Source of the DNA: a virus
Length of the DNA: 64,000 bases
Strand: one strand, 5' to 3'
Virus record (IMG/VR): IMGVR_UViG_3300045012_000066
Span: 58,464-122,463 of that record
Shown here: piece after piece, positions 63,832 through 64,000 of the stretch
Layout: each line of letters starts with the position of its first letter
Numbering within the stretch: the stretch's first letter is position 1
Position numbers and translations under genes: made by a program
Notes under the pieces: generated by a model
Told to the model about the DNA's origin: nothing
What the model saw: only the letters and a program-made list of their open reading frames with translations
Databases searched by the model: none

Positions 63832-64000
63832 TGCCACGCACCGCCCGCGACCGTACTCTCATTCAGGAACTTATTCTCGTCTTCCTCAGCGCCCCCATCG
63901 CCTTCTACCGGAAGCTCGACCCCGATAGCGCCACCCCCTCCGCGAGAACTCAAGGTATTGGCCGGGTGAAGCTCCTGCGGGACAGGCATTCGCGGCACCT
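63828..64000 (-). CDS. 3' end of a convergent gene (partial)
   Basis: Frame open from window end to TAG at 63830-63828 (...EEDENKFLNESTVAGGAWH*). Confidence 0.3.
   Translation of the reverse strand, partial: VPRMPVPQELHPANTLSSRGGGGAIGVELPVEGDGGAEEDENKFLNESTVAGGAWH

Noticed and set aside
1-64000. Prophage integrase, att sites, DNA polymerase or Nop-domain Tas gene
   Set aside because: None recognised in this window; lifestyle and replication mode cannot be assigned

Overview
The window is a ~64 kb segment of a tailed dsDNA bacteriophage genome with a podovirus-like virion module (no tape-measure, sheath or tail-tube gene recognised); the host cannot be determined. Layout: (i) 1-7949, a leftward early-type operon with a shared TTTACAGGAGA ribosome-binding motif, a MoxR-type AAA ATPase / conserved protein / VWA-metallopeptidase trio, a kinase-like protein and a promoter-driven tRNA-like RNA candidate; (ii) 7950-9734, a non-coding divergent control region; (iii) 9735-22218, mostly rightward small accessory genes (Zn-finger proteins, HNH-like, PD-(D/E)XK, J-domain, HTH), interrupted at 10697-11178 by an 18/36-bp dual-repeat array resembling a TIGR guide-RNA array, with no cognate Tas gene seen; (iv) 21965-54152, packaging, head, tail, lysis and ejection genes punctuated by up to six related promoter/leader/terminator modules; (v) 54156-62564, a 2802-aa polyvalent protein (GHKL ATPase, metallopeptidase-like, ART-like, Nudix, glycosylase-like) whose linkers carry three SD-preceded +1-frame nested ORFs. 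All family assignments come from motifs recognised by eye, not from database searches.
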